Shown: positions 41,401 to 53,568 of the stretch, piece by piece | Position numbering within the stretch: the stretch's first letter is position 1 | How the letters are laid out: the number at the start of each line of letters is the position of its first letter | NCBI GenBank assembly: GCA_036172245.1 | Contig: JAYWIR010000015.1 | Location: 4,216,001 to 4,280,000, forward strand | DNA: 64,000 nucleotides | Source of the DNA: Raillietiella orientalis | Taxonomy: Eukaryota | Reading direction: 5' to 3' | The notes under the pieces: generated by a model | Databases searched by the model: none | What the model saw: the letters and a program-made list of their open reading frames with translations, nothing else | Told to the model about the DNA's origin: nothing | Translations under genes and position numbers: made by a program

Positions 41401-43976
41401 CCTGCGTATTTCAGATTCAAAATGTTGAGACATTCATTTTCGTTTCTCATAGTCTTTGAAAAATAAGGTCGCCTCGAGCACGGAGTCGCTATGACCGACA
41501 CACAGCACAGTTTTGTTCACGCAAAATTTTCTTAAAAAGAAGGCTTCATCATTTACAGGTTGCAAACCCATACTTCAGGGGACCAATAGAAGAAAGTCGC
41601 CTTTAATGAAGATCATCAACTTAATTAAAGGTTTCAAAACAGAGATTTTTTCAGTTGATTTGCAAATCGGGAGGGTATTAAAGGATAATCTATCCTATCT
41701 TAACTAAAGGAAGAACATCCGCAACACTTTCTCCTGAAACTCCAAGGAAACCATCGACTTAAGTTCAAGCGGGTTCTTGGACAAGCAAAACGAAAATGTT
41801 ATCATTATGGTCAATGAAACAAGTTCCAAATAAGATTCGAATCTTCCAAGGTTCAAGGCCCAGTACAAATCCTTCAAATTTTTCCTGGATACGCAATCAG
41901 TTATGACTTTATGGTCTAATGGCGGGGAATAAACACCAAATAGACGGCATATCCAAGCTCAGCAAACCCTTTTTTTAAGGAGGGAGGAGTTTGTTTCACA
42001 TAAATCACGGCGCAAACGAGAGAAGCAAAAGCATTAGTCACCTAAAACAACTATCACCGTCATATCTTTAAACAGTCTCGAGATTTCCTTTCCATGGAAT
42101 TGAAAAAAGCTAACACTGGTTGACGCCTTAACTGTCATTCTTGCTAGTATACATCTTAAAGAGCTTTTTACTGCTGTATTATCCATACCGCTATCAATCG
42201 TAAAAACAGATTTTTCACACTATCTACTTGAAGCGTGTACAGAGAAACAGCAAAACAGTGTTAGAACCACCTCATCATAGAACCGCCCCAACTCAAGTTT
42301 GTATAATCGTAAACTAAATCAAAAGCTTGGGTTCTCAATCCCTAAACTGAGATCACATTTGGAGAACAATTCATTTCCTGCACCCTATCCGTAATTAAGT
42401 AACCCGGCATGTTTGCCACAAAGTGGATAACATGCAGATATAAAAACCGAGTGTGCAGAGCTCACAACGTAAATACTTCAAGGAACGTAAGATCATGCTC
42501 AAAATAAGAAGACTTTCGTATTTAACAGAGAAAAACTAAAAAATGAATTCTACTCGTGACATCAAGAGCACACGATCAGACACTCTGAACTGGAAAAAGG
42601 TATGCTTGAAAAATGATGAAAATTCTACGAATTGTACATAATACTCCACCCAAAGATTCTGCCCTCAGATCGAAGCATCATTTGTATATGAAAGATTTAT
42701 ATTGCAAAAATGCTCGAGTCCTTTCCTAGAATGCATTGGGCCTGCAAAACGTTAGAGATACCAATCCTAAAGCATCCAGGCTACTTAGCTTGAATTTTGG
42801 CTATCTCTATGATGGAAAAGTTTGGAAGTGGCCATCTTTGGTGAGAATCTCTTCTTTTTTTTCACTAGGATGCTTCCTGAAACTTCCAGATTACGTGTGA
42901 ACTGGTCTTCTCATTGACTGATTTTAGATATGCGAGCAAAGAATGAATTCATGTCCCCCACTAAAGCACAATTCAAAGTTCAAAGATTGAGACATCACTC
43001 CAGAATGGAAGCAAGCAATTGTTTTCTCGAAATAAAGCATCAACAAAAACCGAAACCTAGCTACCTAAATGATCCTGTTTACCTTCAAGTAACGAAATCC
43101 GACTTTTTTCGAATATTATCCAGAGAAAAATAAAAAACTCCATCTCTAGAACTGAGTCTGTTCCTCTTCTCGATAAACTATTGGAAAATGGTCTGCTTGC
43201 GAAAGAGATACTGAATTTATTTGCATACTAAAAATCATGCCACAATTTAAATATCAGTCACACTTTGCCTTTCTCTGACTTCATGGTTTTCTTAGAGAAC
43301 ATCTAATCACAATGACATTTCAGTCTAATAATCTTTGCAGTTGACATTCAACATTAATGAGAACTAAACACAAGCTATGGAGGAATGTGCTTACTTATTG
43401 TATATATAGATAACACACAAATACTCTAAATTTTTGAAATCCCTTTTTTCTTTCCTTTTTCTTTTTTTTTTACAAAACCATGAAATCAACAGATTTACAA
43501 TGAACACACTACCTCACTAGTGTAATGAATTGGCTTTTAAAACCCTGAAATGCACCTTAAATCACACTTCTTTGCAAATCATTCAGGTTCAATCCTACTC
43601 AAACATTTCAATTCACTACTTTCATTCATTAAAAACTGTAATGTTGATACTTTCATAAATTGTTGGAATAGTTTACAATTCGCAATTTTATTTCAAGGCA
43701 AATTTAACATTACCAAAACAATACTGGCGAGTTAATTTTTATCAATTCTATTGATACTTACATTTGTTTTGGTCTTTTGACATGTAGATAGAGGCAGGTT
43801 TAATAAAAAGTCCAAGGTTAAAAAAATAGATGATATATAGATGGATGGGATACAAAGATGCATGGGATACAAAGTCTGAATAAAATCTAGGGATAACTTT
43901 GTAAAGAAGAACAAACAATTTATTTTGGATATAGCTTTTCAAAATATCTGAGCTCATTCAAGGTTGCTTAAACAGG

Positions 43977-44517
43977 CTAATGATAAAGTGCCAGTCGAAA
44001 CATATCATGTTGAATAAAAAATGCATTTCCTAATGGTTTTAACACAAAACACTGGTGAAACCCATGAGGAGGATCCTCATCTGTCTGCAAATAAATAATA
44101 AAGAAAAATATCTTCTAATACCTCTTAATTTACCTTCAACTGTCCTAAGACATTTATCAAGATCCCACCATCAAATGTGGGCTGTGTGTCAATAAGCGTA
44201 GCATGATGCTGAATTTTTTGAAATGTTAATGCCTATCAAACTTATCCTGCATCCCAATCTCATCACTGTTAACCCCATATCTTACATTGATTCTTTCCAT
44301 TATTTTTGTTTGTCCTTGAAGTTGAACTCCTTCAAAAGACATCAATGATTGATCTAGCTACAAAGAATGCCTTGAATCACACTAAATATGCAACAAAATA
44401 CGCTCTTACATTATATAGCTGTGCTAAATTTTGTCGGGAAGCTGGATCATCAAACATTTGATAATATTGCTCAACAAACATCCTCCCAATGGCATCATAG
44501 TTTGGATTAATTGCCAT
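43977..44517 (-). CDS. Ntf-2: Nuclear transport factor 2, 128 aa; exons 44517-44410, 44357-44286, 44232-44134, 44084-43977
   Basis: Spliced product MAINPNYDAIGRMFVEQYYQMFDDPASRQNLAQLYN|LDQSLMSFEGVQLQGQTKIMERIN|ALTFQKIQHHATLIDTQPTFDGGILINVLGQLK|TDEDPPHGFHQCFVLKPLGNAFFIQHDMFRLALYH* matches NTF2 end to end. Three phase-0 GT-AG introns of 52, 53 and 49 nt. Missed by the ORF track. Confidence 0.97.
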
Positions 44518-46428
44518 AATAAAAGAGAGTGGCTTCGTTGAAATGGCAGTTCATCCAAATGTATATAAGGCAATTAGCAATTCAGTTAGCTTCTCCAAGT
44601 TTGTGAAATGAAAAACTAAAATAATGAGTTCAAACATTTCATTTCAATCAAATTACTTTTTGCTAATACATTCAACTGTTGCACATTTGTTTTTTATACA
44701 CTATGAAATTTAACACATGAAAACAGAAACACAATCCTAAACCACTTTTCATAAATTGGATATTGAAGCTCAGCATTGAAAGAAGAAATTGAAAAATATG
44801 ATGATACAGGCCAAATATTCTGATTGGAATACAAAGAAGAATAAAAAAAAAAAAAAGTGGGATTAAATGTATCAGTAAAATAACAAAAAGCATTAACGGT
44901 ATTTGGATTTACACAGTTTGCAAACAAAATGAACTTATTACTTCAAAAACACAAATCATCTCGAACTTTTGGTTAGGGAAACTTAAAATCGTGGCCTGAA
45001 ATTTTGAAAATGAGACAATGGAAACAGTACAATCTAATAGAAACTGCATAACAAATTCTTTTTCGCTTGAAGTATCTATCACAACTAGTCACAGTTTAAA
45101 AAAATAAAATAGAAACAATAAAATATTAATCTAGGGGGAGCAAGCATCAAATAATTCGTAACAGTTTAACTGATTAATTGGTTAGCATTTGACTTCACAT
45201 TTACAGAGCACTTAAACGAAAGCTTAATCATTAAAACATATGAGACCTGAAAAAAAACCAAACATGCTTGAAAGAATGTTTTCCACTTTGAAAAAATTGA
45301 GAAAAACAATCCCCTATTTATTTACGAGTCCATACTTAACTAGGGAATTAAGAAAATACATGTGAAACCTTAGGTAAAATGGAAAAGACTTTTATTTCCT
45401 CATAACAAATACAATATTATTTAGCCCTAAAAAATTACTGACACAATATTCTTTTCTTTTTTTTTTTCTCTAAGATATTTCTACCAGAACGAGATACTGA
45501 AATAATATCATTACGAAAGCTATGAATGCACAGACGAAAAATTTTCCTTCTTTAACGAAAGTCTTTTTTTGGAAGAAAGAAATTATCCTCGTTTTCTCTT
45601 TTGCAGCACGCCGCAGTACGTTTGAATTTGATCACCAAATTAACCACAACGCTGAAGCACAACGTTCGTATTTGAAGTGATGAATAAGAAAAAATTAGTC
45701 CATAAAACATGCCGATTTATTTGCAAAAATTTTTAGTTTTCTTTTTCGTTCCTTGCTGTGATTACACCATGCTTTTTTGTGGACACAACCACGTAGATAT
45801 ATACATACGTGTGAATGGTGTGAGTGTATACTCTTGTTTAATTTATTTCTGAAATCAAAGCACTCTTTTGCTGCATATTTGTGCAAATAGACACAGCTGG
45901 GAAAGACAGGAAATATCTACAACTCAACGGATCAAATAACTGACATGCAAATGAAAATATTTAGCAATGTTTTAACTCCCAAGATGAGTTGGGAAATTCG
46001 AAGACAAACGAATATTTTGGATAAATCCTTTTAAGTTGTCCAAACAAAACTCAGCTATTATAAAGTAAATCGGAGTGACTAAGTTGATAGGCTGCTATCG
46101 TAAACTATACTGTGCCCTGTATACGAAATTTGGCATTGTGTACATATATGGTCGTCCTGAGTTTTTTTTCCTCGCAAGGCTGAATGTATCAGACAGAGAA
46201 CCGCTTGCCTAGTTTTTGGGGAAAAAAAATTTCGTTTTTCAAAATAATGTGACAGAGTAGCAGAGTTTTACTTTGATCGTTATTGTGGTTGTCCTTTCTT
46301 TTATTTTCTCTTTCCTCCTTGAGCGAAGAGATTTACATCTCCAAAACACGGTCAGTACAAAAAGAGGAAAAATGAATCTTCAACCATTGATCGAACAACA
46401 ATACCAAAGAATACTACTTACTGATACT

Positions 46429-46463
46429 GAAGAAATACTACTGATAGTCAGTAGTATTTCTTC
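46429..46463. repeat. Perfect 16-bp inverted repeat, 3-nt loop
   Basis: gaagaaatactactga-tag-tcagtagtatttcttc. Confidence 0.95.
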
Positions 46464-49400
46464 GAATCATCTGAAGCAGTGATTTCTTAATAATTTTCCT
46501 CTGGACTACATAGAAGTGCATAAGCACTTTCATGTGTTACAGTGGATGATTTCCCAGCCTGGAAACCAAAAATCTGTCAAGAAAGTATTGAAATGAAATC
46601 GTATGAGACTTTAATTGCTGTAATGAATTTTCTTAAATAACTCCTTTCAATTTTGACAGTGGTGGCGGGATTTCTACAGTCCGATCACAAAACCATCCAA
46701 ATTCTCGAATTTTGGATTAAAGTTAGAATTGCAACAGTATTACATTATATATTCAAGTCAACAAATCTTCGAACGAATCTCTGATATACATATTTGCATC
46801 TTATACATGATATCATATGTAATCTTGTACTGCATTGCATGTATTCTGAAAATGAATAAATGCTGGAAAATATGAACAGATATTGGACTTTTGCTATTCC
46901 AGATTCCTGTTTTTCCACTTTTTTCTATAATCAGTCACGCAGTTATCATTTCATGTTTACCTCCGACAGTCACAATGTAAGCACAGGTCCACAATTCTAA
47001 ATACATTAGCGCTACAAAGAATAATACATATAAAAAAAAAATTATTTTTGCATTACTGGACAATAATTTTTAGATTACTGGTTCTCTCCCAAGTCAATCT
47101 GAATACAATAATGTATTGGGCATAAATTGCATTGAGTCTAAATTTAAAGTTTTAAACTTTGGAATCCTTTTCTCAATGTCAATAAATGAGAAACTCGGAA
47201 ATTCAGATCATTTTTGTATTTTAGGATAACTTCATTTGCTATTAATGTACTTTCATGTATACTTGAATTAACTTGAAAATGCTTTGATTTTCCCCTTCAG
47301 TTTGTCCAAAGAAAGGGAAATTGGTAAAGAGACTTAATCTAAGGACAGCAAAGGAAGGGGAAAGACAACATGAAGGATAACGAGAAGCCGAACCTAAGAG
47401 GTTATCAAGTCCAGGTCTCTGCTCCCAAACAAACAAGGCTGCCATTGTGATATGGAGCACAGCTATTTCTCCTTCACGAGCAGCTATTATATCAAGAGGA
47501 AATTTTTGTTCCAACACTATTTAGTACGATAAAGGGAAAAAAGGAAGCTGTAAAGCTTGATCGAATGACAAAGAAGATCAAGGAAATGTTTCTCTTTATT
47601 TTCGACTCTTTTGATATGTTTAATGTACATGTCAGCAAGCCTCGGTTAAAATGAAGTCTGCTGACAGGGGCGTTCTCCCTAACGAACTATGAAGCGTTTC
47701 AAACCAGCGCTTCCACTTCCTAAGCGTCTTGATAGTATGCTTCAGAGTGTGTTAATCTTATGGACTGTCCTCCCGTCGTATGTTTTTTCTTCCCAAACTG
47801 ATGTTCCCATTGTGTCAGATTTTGCAGAATACAGAATCTCCGAAACGACATTTGATGAGGTGCACATGAGAATGCACAAGAGAATTGGCTCTATGCTCTC
47901 GAAAAAGAATAAATAAATAAATAAACAAGTAAATGAGGACGCTTCAGGAGTTCACCAAAAGTTCGAAAGACAGCAGTGGCAAGTGAGTCATATGTAAGCG
48001 TCGCTGCAAGAAGGGAATCTCGAGGATCCGGCTCGAATCTTTCCCTATCTCCCTGGTAACCAGCTGAGAGCAATCTAATGTTCCAGAAATAAGACAACTC
48101 TTCCTATGGCTTACGATTGGAAGATCTATCAGGAGAATGTGCAAGTATCTGTGAAAAGGTTTCGGCTTATTTAACTGTTCGTTTCTTGTGAATTTTTACA
48201 TATTCTATTATTTCTATGAAATCGATCGAGAAACGTAAATGAAAGATGCAGTTGCAGAATCTTGCAGAATCAGATAGTGTACGATTTGAAAGGTCTCAAA
48301 GAGACAATTAAGCGCATATTTGTAGCTGAAGTCTTTTGTCACTGAAGTATGCCAGTACGAAATGGAACGCTCTTCTGCAAACAAATAACCCGGTTCGTAA
48401 AAAAAAACCTGTGTACAACCAGTACACAATCAGTTTGTAAAAAAGAAATTCCTCAGGGGTACCCCTCAGGAATGGTTCTGATCTGAACACGAAAAAATAC
48501 AGTATGGGTTGCTTTCTAATAGTATCTATTACTTTCTAATGTATCAGGCAAACTTTTTAACGATCTTCTAAACACCAAGTTGTACCAAATGGGACTGCGT
48601 GCAAAACTGTGCAAACAGCAAGCACGCTCGCAAGCGAAGTTCGGTGGACTTGTCAAGAAAAAAAAAAATGACAATCACAGTAAAGAGAAGAAGAAGCGTT
48701 TACTTGTTGAGAGAGGGAGAGAGAAGCTCTGAGGAAAAGAAGAGGGAAGCTGTTCACGCGAGTAACAGCTTCTCTCTCTTCAAGAGAAGCGGCATCTACA
48801 CTTCGAAACTTTCCTGATCTATGGTGAGTGTAGGCAGTCAGCGCTGTTCCGCTCATTCGTTGTATATTTTTTTGTTCTTTCCCCTTTGTTCCCATGCCGC
48901 CATGACAAATGTCGACAAATGCCAAGGAATTGGTCCAAGGTAGCAAACCTCACAGGTACGTCCCCAGTGATGTTTATACGGGACTGCAATTACCGATCCG
49001 CAATTGCGAATCAGGATCCATTCCGTCATTCTCCTCTATTATTCCGTTGCATATTCTCTAGCCATAATTTGGAGTCTTTGGGATCCGCTCATGAATAAGC
49101 AAGCAAGCATCCGTGTGCCCTGTTTCCGAGTTCCGTCCAAGTCGAGAGCTGCGCGAAGAGGAAATGAATCTTTAAAGCGAAAGGAATCCAACCGCATTAC
49201 TGTCTTTACGTGCTTATTAGCGGCAGTGGAACCGTTGCTCCTATAAGTTCATCAATTGGAACAAGTTCATCACGTTTGAGTGGTTTTACGTGACGTGAGC
49301 TTGTATGAGATGGGGACCTCGAAATTTGCTCTTCAGCTGCCTGATCCGAAGGAATCTGTGTTTCAGTCACGCAATGGATTCTGGATGACAAACAGCAGGC

Positions 49401-50369
49401 ATCCTCCTCGTTGAGAAGACCTGATGTAGGCACTCCTGAAATCATCCCTAGATGGATGGACACGAGCATCCGACTGTAAATTCGGAGCTTTGAGTTCCAA
49501 CTTGGCCAGCTGAGCAAGACTTAACAGTCGGCATGTTCATTCGCAGCACAAAATTGCAACGCAGAATCTCAAGGATTGCCATCGTAAGCAAGAAAAAAAA
49601 AAAAAAAAACAGAAAGAAAAATACGAAAAGGACTCTTTGAACTTGTAGGAGCACACCTCAAGAAGACCAGTGTTCTCACTTGCTGCACATTTTCCCTTTG
49701 CTAGTGAGTGCAGCTTCGTGGAGGTTTTCATGGAATCGAACGCGATTCAGGATCTTGGTCGGGAGTACCAAAGTAACTGTTTCACGCTTCATAAGATCAA
49801 CCATAAAAGAAAATGCAATTGGTGGCTCGATCGACGAGAAGGAGCTGAAAAATATTCCGATGCGAAAATCACCGACTTGAAAACACCCTTCCGTTTTACG
49901 ACAAAGCATCTCAAATCCAAAATCCAGCGTTTATCAACTTTCCCTTCGAGATCACCATTTTACCCAATGCCAACTTCTTGTTTCTTCCTCTTCCCCTCGG
50001 TGGTGGTCTTGCTCAGTATGCTGAAGGCTTTCGGAGTCTTCGACTTCTCGAGTCTCGCAGCACAAATAGGCCTCGGTTAGTGGAAAGAATTTGTTCAATG
50101 AAATGGTCGCTTTGTGGTTCGAATCCGCCTTAATCGAACATATAATAATGATACGTAGAATACCTAGCTGCTCCCCGATTAATAGAAAGGGGCAGTTAAA
50201 AATTTCAGAGATAATTTTTTGCATGCTTGTTGACCAAATATGGTAATAAAAAAGAAATAAGAAGAATCTGCTGAGAATCTAAATTTAGTGTTAGCAAAGC
50301 CCCAGAGCGGTTACAGAGAGCAAAATGAAAGCAAAGAAAAAATCCAACATGATCCACGAAGGTATCTTT

Positions 50370-52400
50370 GCTACTTTCCGAAATATATGTTAGCAGCGGA
50401 CGCCGTCCGGTTTCTCTTCAAATCTTCCCACCGATGTCTGTGGGCGCAGAACGCCTTACCGATGCATCGGCGAATTTGCATGCCTTGAGGATCCGCACCC
50501 CTCATTTCTTGCTTCGCAGCTTCCACAGTCCGAAAGATATCTTCAAAGTCCTTGAGAGTGAAGTGAGTCACTTGCACATCCCTTGGCTTTATTTTCGGCT
50601 TCTTCAAACGCTCGTTGATCTAAAAGCGTATCATCATCATCAGTCAACGCTTCCGGATGCGAATCGGGCGGTTCCCGGATATCTTCATTCTCTCATTCAT
50701 GGATTCCTAGTGCTCATCCGATATTTATTCTTCTATAACACTGTTTTCCTCGAAATCTCTGCTATCTGTACAAAACGCGCTTTTGCATTCCGCGCGTGTT
50801 GATTGGGTTTTTTGTCGTCATGCATGGATTTTCTATTGCATCTCAGACGTTGTAGTTTTTCCAGAATTCCGTTAAAGCAACAGGATTACCACCTGTGGTT
50901 CCAAGAACTGCCAGTTCATATGTTCTTCTGTTTCTGTATTGGTGGGCCTTAAATGTTAAAAAAGCCCCTTGGTCCATGGACTCCAGCATAAATGTTTAGC
51001 TGCAAAAAAAAAAAAAAAAAATACTTTCGAACAATGAACTGAGTGTAGTAGGATGCAATACCAAGATGTTGTCAACCAGGAATCTAAGAGAGGAGTCGAT
51101 GCCAAGGTGCTGATCATCATCACTGGACCTTAAGAAACTTGGGACTCCAGCAATGAACTGGGTGCACCAGCGAATGTATGCAGATAAAATAAGGCAGATC
51201 ATGGTTGCCTTGTGCATTCTCTACACTCGCCACATTTATTGGGCACATCGGCCTGGGAGATAACCGGGTGACGCCCAAAACCTGCGACCATCCCATGAAG
51301 AGGAGCAGCTCGGGACGGAGGGGAATATGTCGCCGAAATACAGCCTACGGGATGTCTTCTCGATGAGCGAAATCTGTCGTGGCATCCCTCTTCACACAAC
51401 TCGGAATGACCACGAAGGAAGGTCGGAAGATGGGGAAGAGTCCCTTCTTTTATTTCTACTATCGTAGCTGTTAACTTTGACAAGAAAAAGGGCTATCCTG
51501 GTGCTTTATCTAAAATCAGTAGTATTTTCAATGCGATGCTGTCCCTTTGCGATACTTTTCAACTGCCCAAAAATAGCTTAAAAGTCAATAAGTGAAATAT
51601 GCTTGAGTAATCCATGCTTGCTTGTTATGCTGCCAAATAACCCGAAGTGACCTGGGGTTATAGCCTTAAAATGCGCAAGGATTTGGGGAACTATAAACAA
51701 GCAGAGGTTTCAGTTTAAAGTCGTCTCGAGCATTACCTCCTAATGAGAGATTTACACCATCTTTAGACATCTGAAATCCTGGCTGTTTTTTTTTTTTTTT
51801 TCACACAAATGTAAGTTTTGGAAGGCATTCTTTTCCCGAACAAATCCCGGTTTCACCAACGCTAAATGCTTGTTAATCTCTATATCTACCACCCACATCT
51901 ATCTGGTAACTTTAACATTTGCACTCGATTTTGAATCGTTCACTTGCATTGAACGTTCCTTCTGCATCGTATTTATTTTTGCGTTTGCTTCCCCTTCTTG
52001 TTCACTTTCTTCCACCCTCTTAAACAAGCATGGAACTTTTTTGTCTGGATGCTTGCTCTGCTAACTGGAATGTGTTTTTGACTGCAGTGTATTCGCTTAA
52101 AAGATGCTCGACTCCTATCGTGGTAGCACTCCGATTGCTTGGTTTGCTGTTTGCGGACCGCAAAAGACTGATGCAACTCTCCCCCTTGCTTTGACTTCCT
52201 CTTCCTCATGTCTCAAATATTCCGTATCGTAGTTTGTCATCCATGCATATATATGCAGATAATCAAAGCATTACTGCATCTCGTCCTATGTTTGGTGTTG
52301 CCATGACCTCGCTCTTGTTGACTCGTATCGAATTTCTGCTATAATTTAATGACATGCCTGTTCTGTTTGGCACTCGCAGTGTTTTCATCTCGGGAAATAA
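50370..52400 (-). mobile_element. Decayed Tigger/pogo-family DNA transposon (near full-length transposase pseudogene)
   Basis: Ordered motifs across stops and frameshifts: HIPVSRASIQTK (CENP-B HTH region), FSVGETG (like FNVDETG), GGNARDDFKLKPLLVYSSPNP, VIWQHNKQAWIT, KILLILDKAPG, SMDQGAFLTFKA, LTEFWKNYNV, and C-terminal FTLKDFEDIF...DP...YFGK. Confidence 0.9.
51025..51455 (+). mobile_element. LINE 3' fragment nested in the Tigger element
   Basis: Splits the Tigger frame between the DxAPG region and the MDQG motif. HTTRNDHEG resembles GNTRMDLEG of the Tx1-like family. Confidence 0.45.
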
Positions 52401-53568
52401 TCCTCTCGTCCACCTTCTCGTGGTGCTTTTGAAAACGATGGAAACAAAGCGTGAAAAGTTAAGATTGAAATTTCAGAGTCTGGGACTTCAACGGGAACCT
52501 GGCAATCCCGAAAGCGCGTGAGCTGATACACATCAACTGAATTTTGGTACGCATTCACCACGACCGGGATTCTTTAAAAGGAAATCCCACAGAACGAGGC
52601 ATCCCTGTGTTGCATCCATTTCCTGCCTTTAGGATTATAGGAAACGCATGGATACACAGAAGGAAGCGCAGCTGCAGCATATGCAAATTCTTGGACAGAC
52701 TGAGGCAATCAAAGACTGAGGCAGCAAAACTTGTAACCGTTGTCTCCGACATGCCCCTAAATTGTGTGCTTTCAGATGCTCAGTGGTGCCCCAATCCCGT
52801 GTTTGGATTCTTATAGAAACGTAAGGTGTGGATTATGATTGGGAGACATTCTCTCTTCTTTTCACCTGATCTGACTCCTGGAAATGACAAAGCTGTTTTA
52901 ATTAGAATCTTTCAAGATGCCAGAAAACCCTTCCGCAAAACATTGGTCTCTTCCACTCCTTTACATCGTTTTTGAAGAGCTCACTGCTCACTTCCCCGCA
53001 CATGAAAGCCCTCTGGCTAGAGGAACACGGAATCACGGATCTCCACATGACCGCGTTCATCGAAGAAATGCGAGATCGAAGGATGCTGGATCGATTGCAC
53101 AATTTCTCGTCATTATGGTGTAGAGTAGAAACCGAAATGATGTGTGTCCTCTGAACACTATTTCGATTCCATTCCGGATGATTTCTCTTCGGAAAAAGCT
53201 CGTGTTCATGTTTTCGTTGTTTACAGGAAGGGGGTGAGCTCCGAAGCGAAGAAACCCCATCAACTTTTGTGGAAAGGTGTTTCTCGAAATTGGAGAATTT
53301 TTGACCACTGAGAAAGCAGATGCTGTAAGGGGAAATCTTCGGGAACCTCAGGAATTTATTACGAGTGCTACATCAGGTCGAACACATACTCATTTTTTCG
53401 AGATGTGCTCGAGTCAAGCGAAACAGACGAATCGATCCTTGTGAACAGATCTTTCGGTAACAGTGAGTGGTGTTGGTGTTTTCTATCCTTGGACGCCATC
53501 TAAGCTCTAGCAAACCAGCTTGGTAGGAAGTCCACGCCGGCATCTCCTGTTGGATTCCAGTCGTGGAA

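Noticed and set aside
43240..43400. Alternative last exon of NTF2
   Set aside because: No open frame with the expected DxDPPH...DIFRL pattern.
49200..50100. RTE-like endonuclease remnant (GDLEGKV)
   Set aside because: A single weak motif amid many stops; not enough to call.
50996..51217. Second Tigger DDE segment (LRFLVDNILVLHP)
   Set aside because: The true LILDxAPG motif is at about 51500. This segment is better explained as the nested opposite-strand insert.
52460..53160. LRR/NACHT-like plus-strand exons
   Set aside because: Only a vague LxxLxL pattern, with stops in the adjoining segment.
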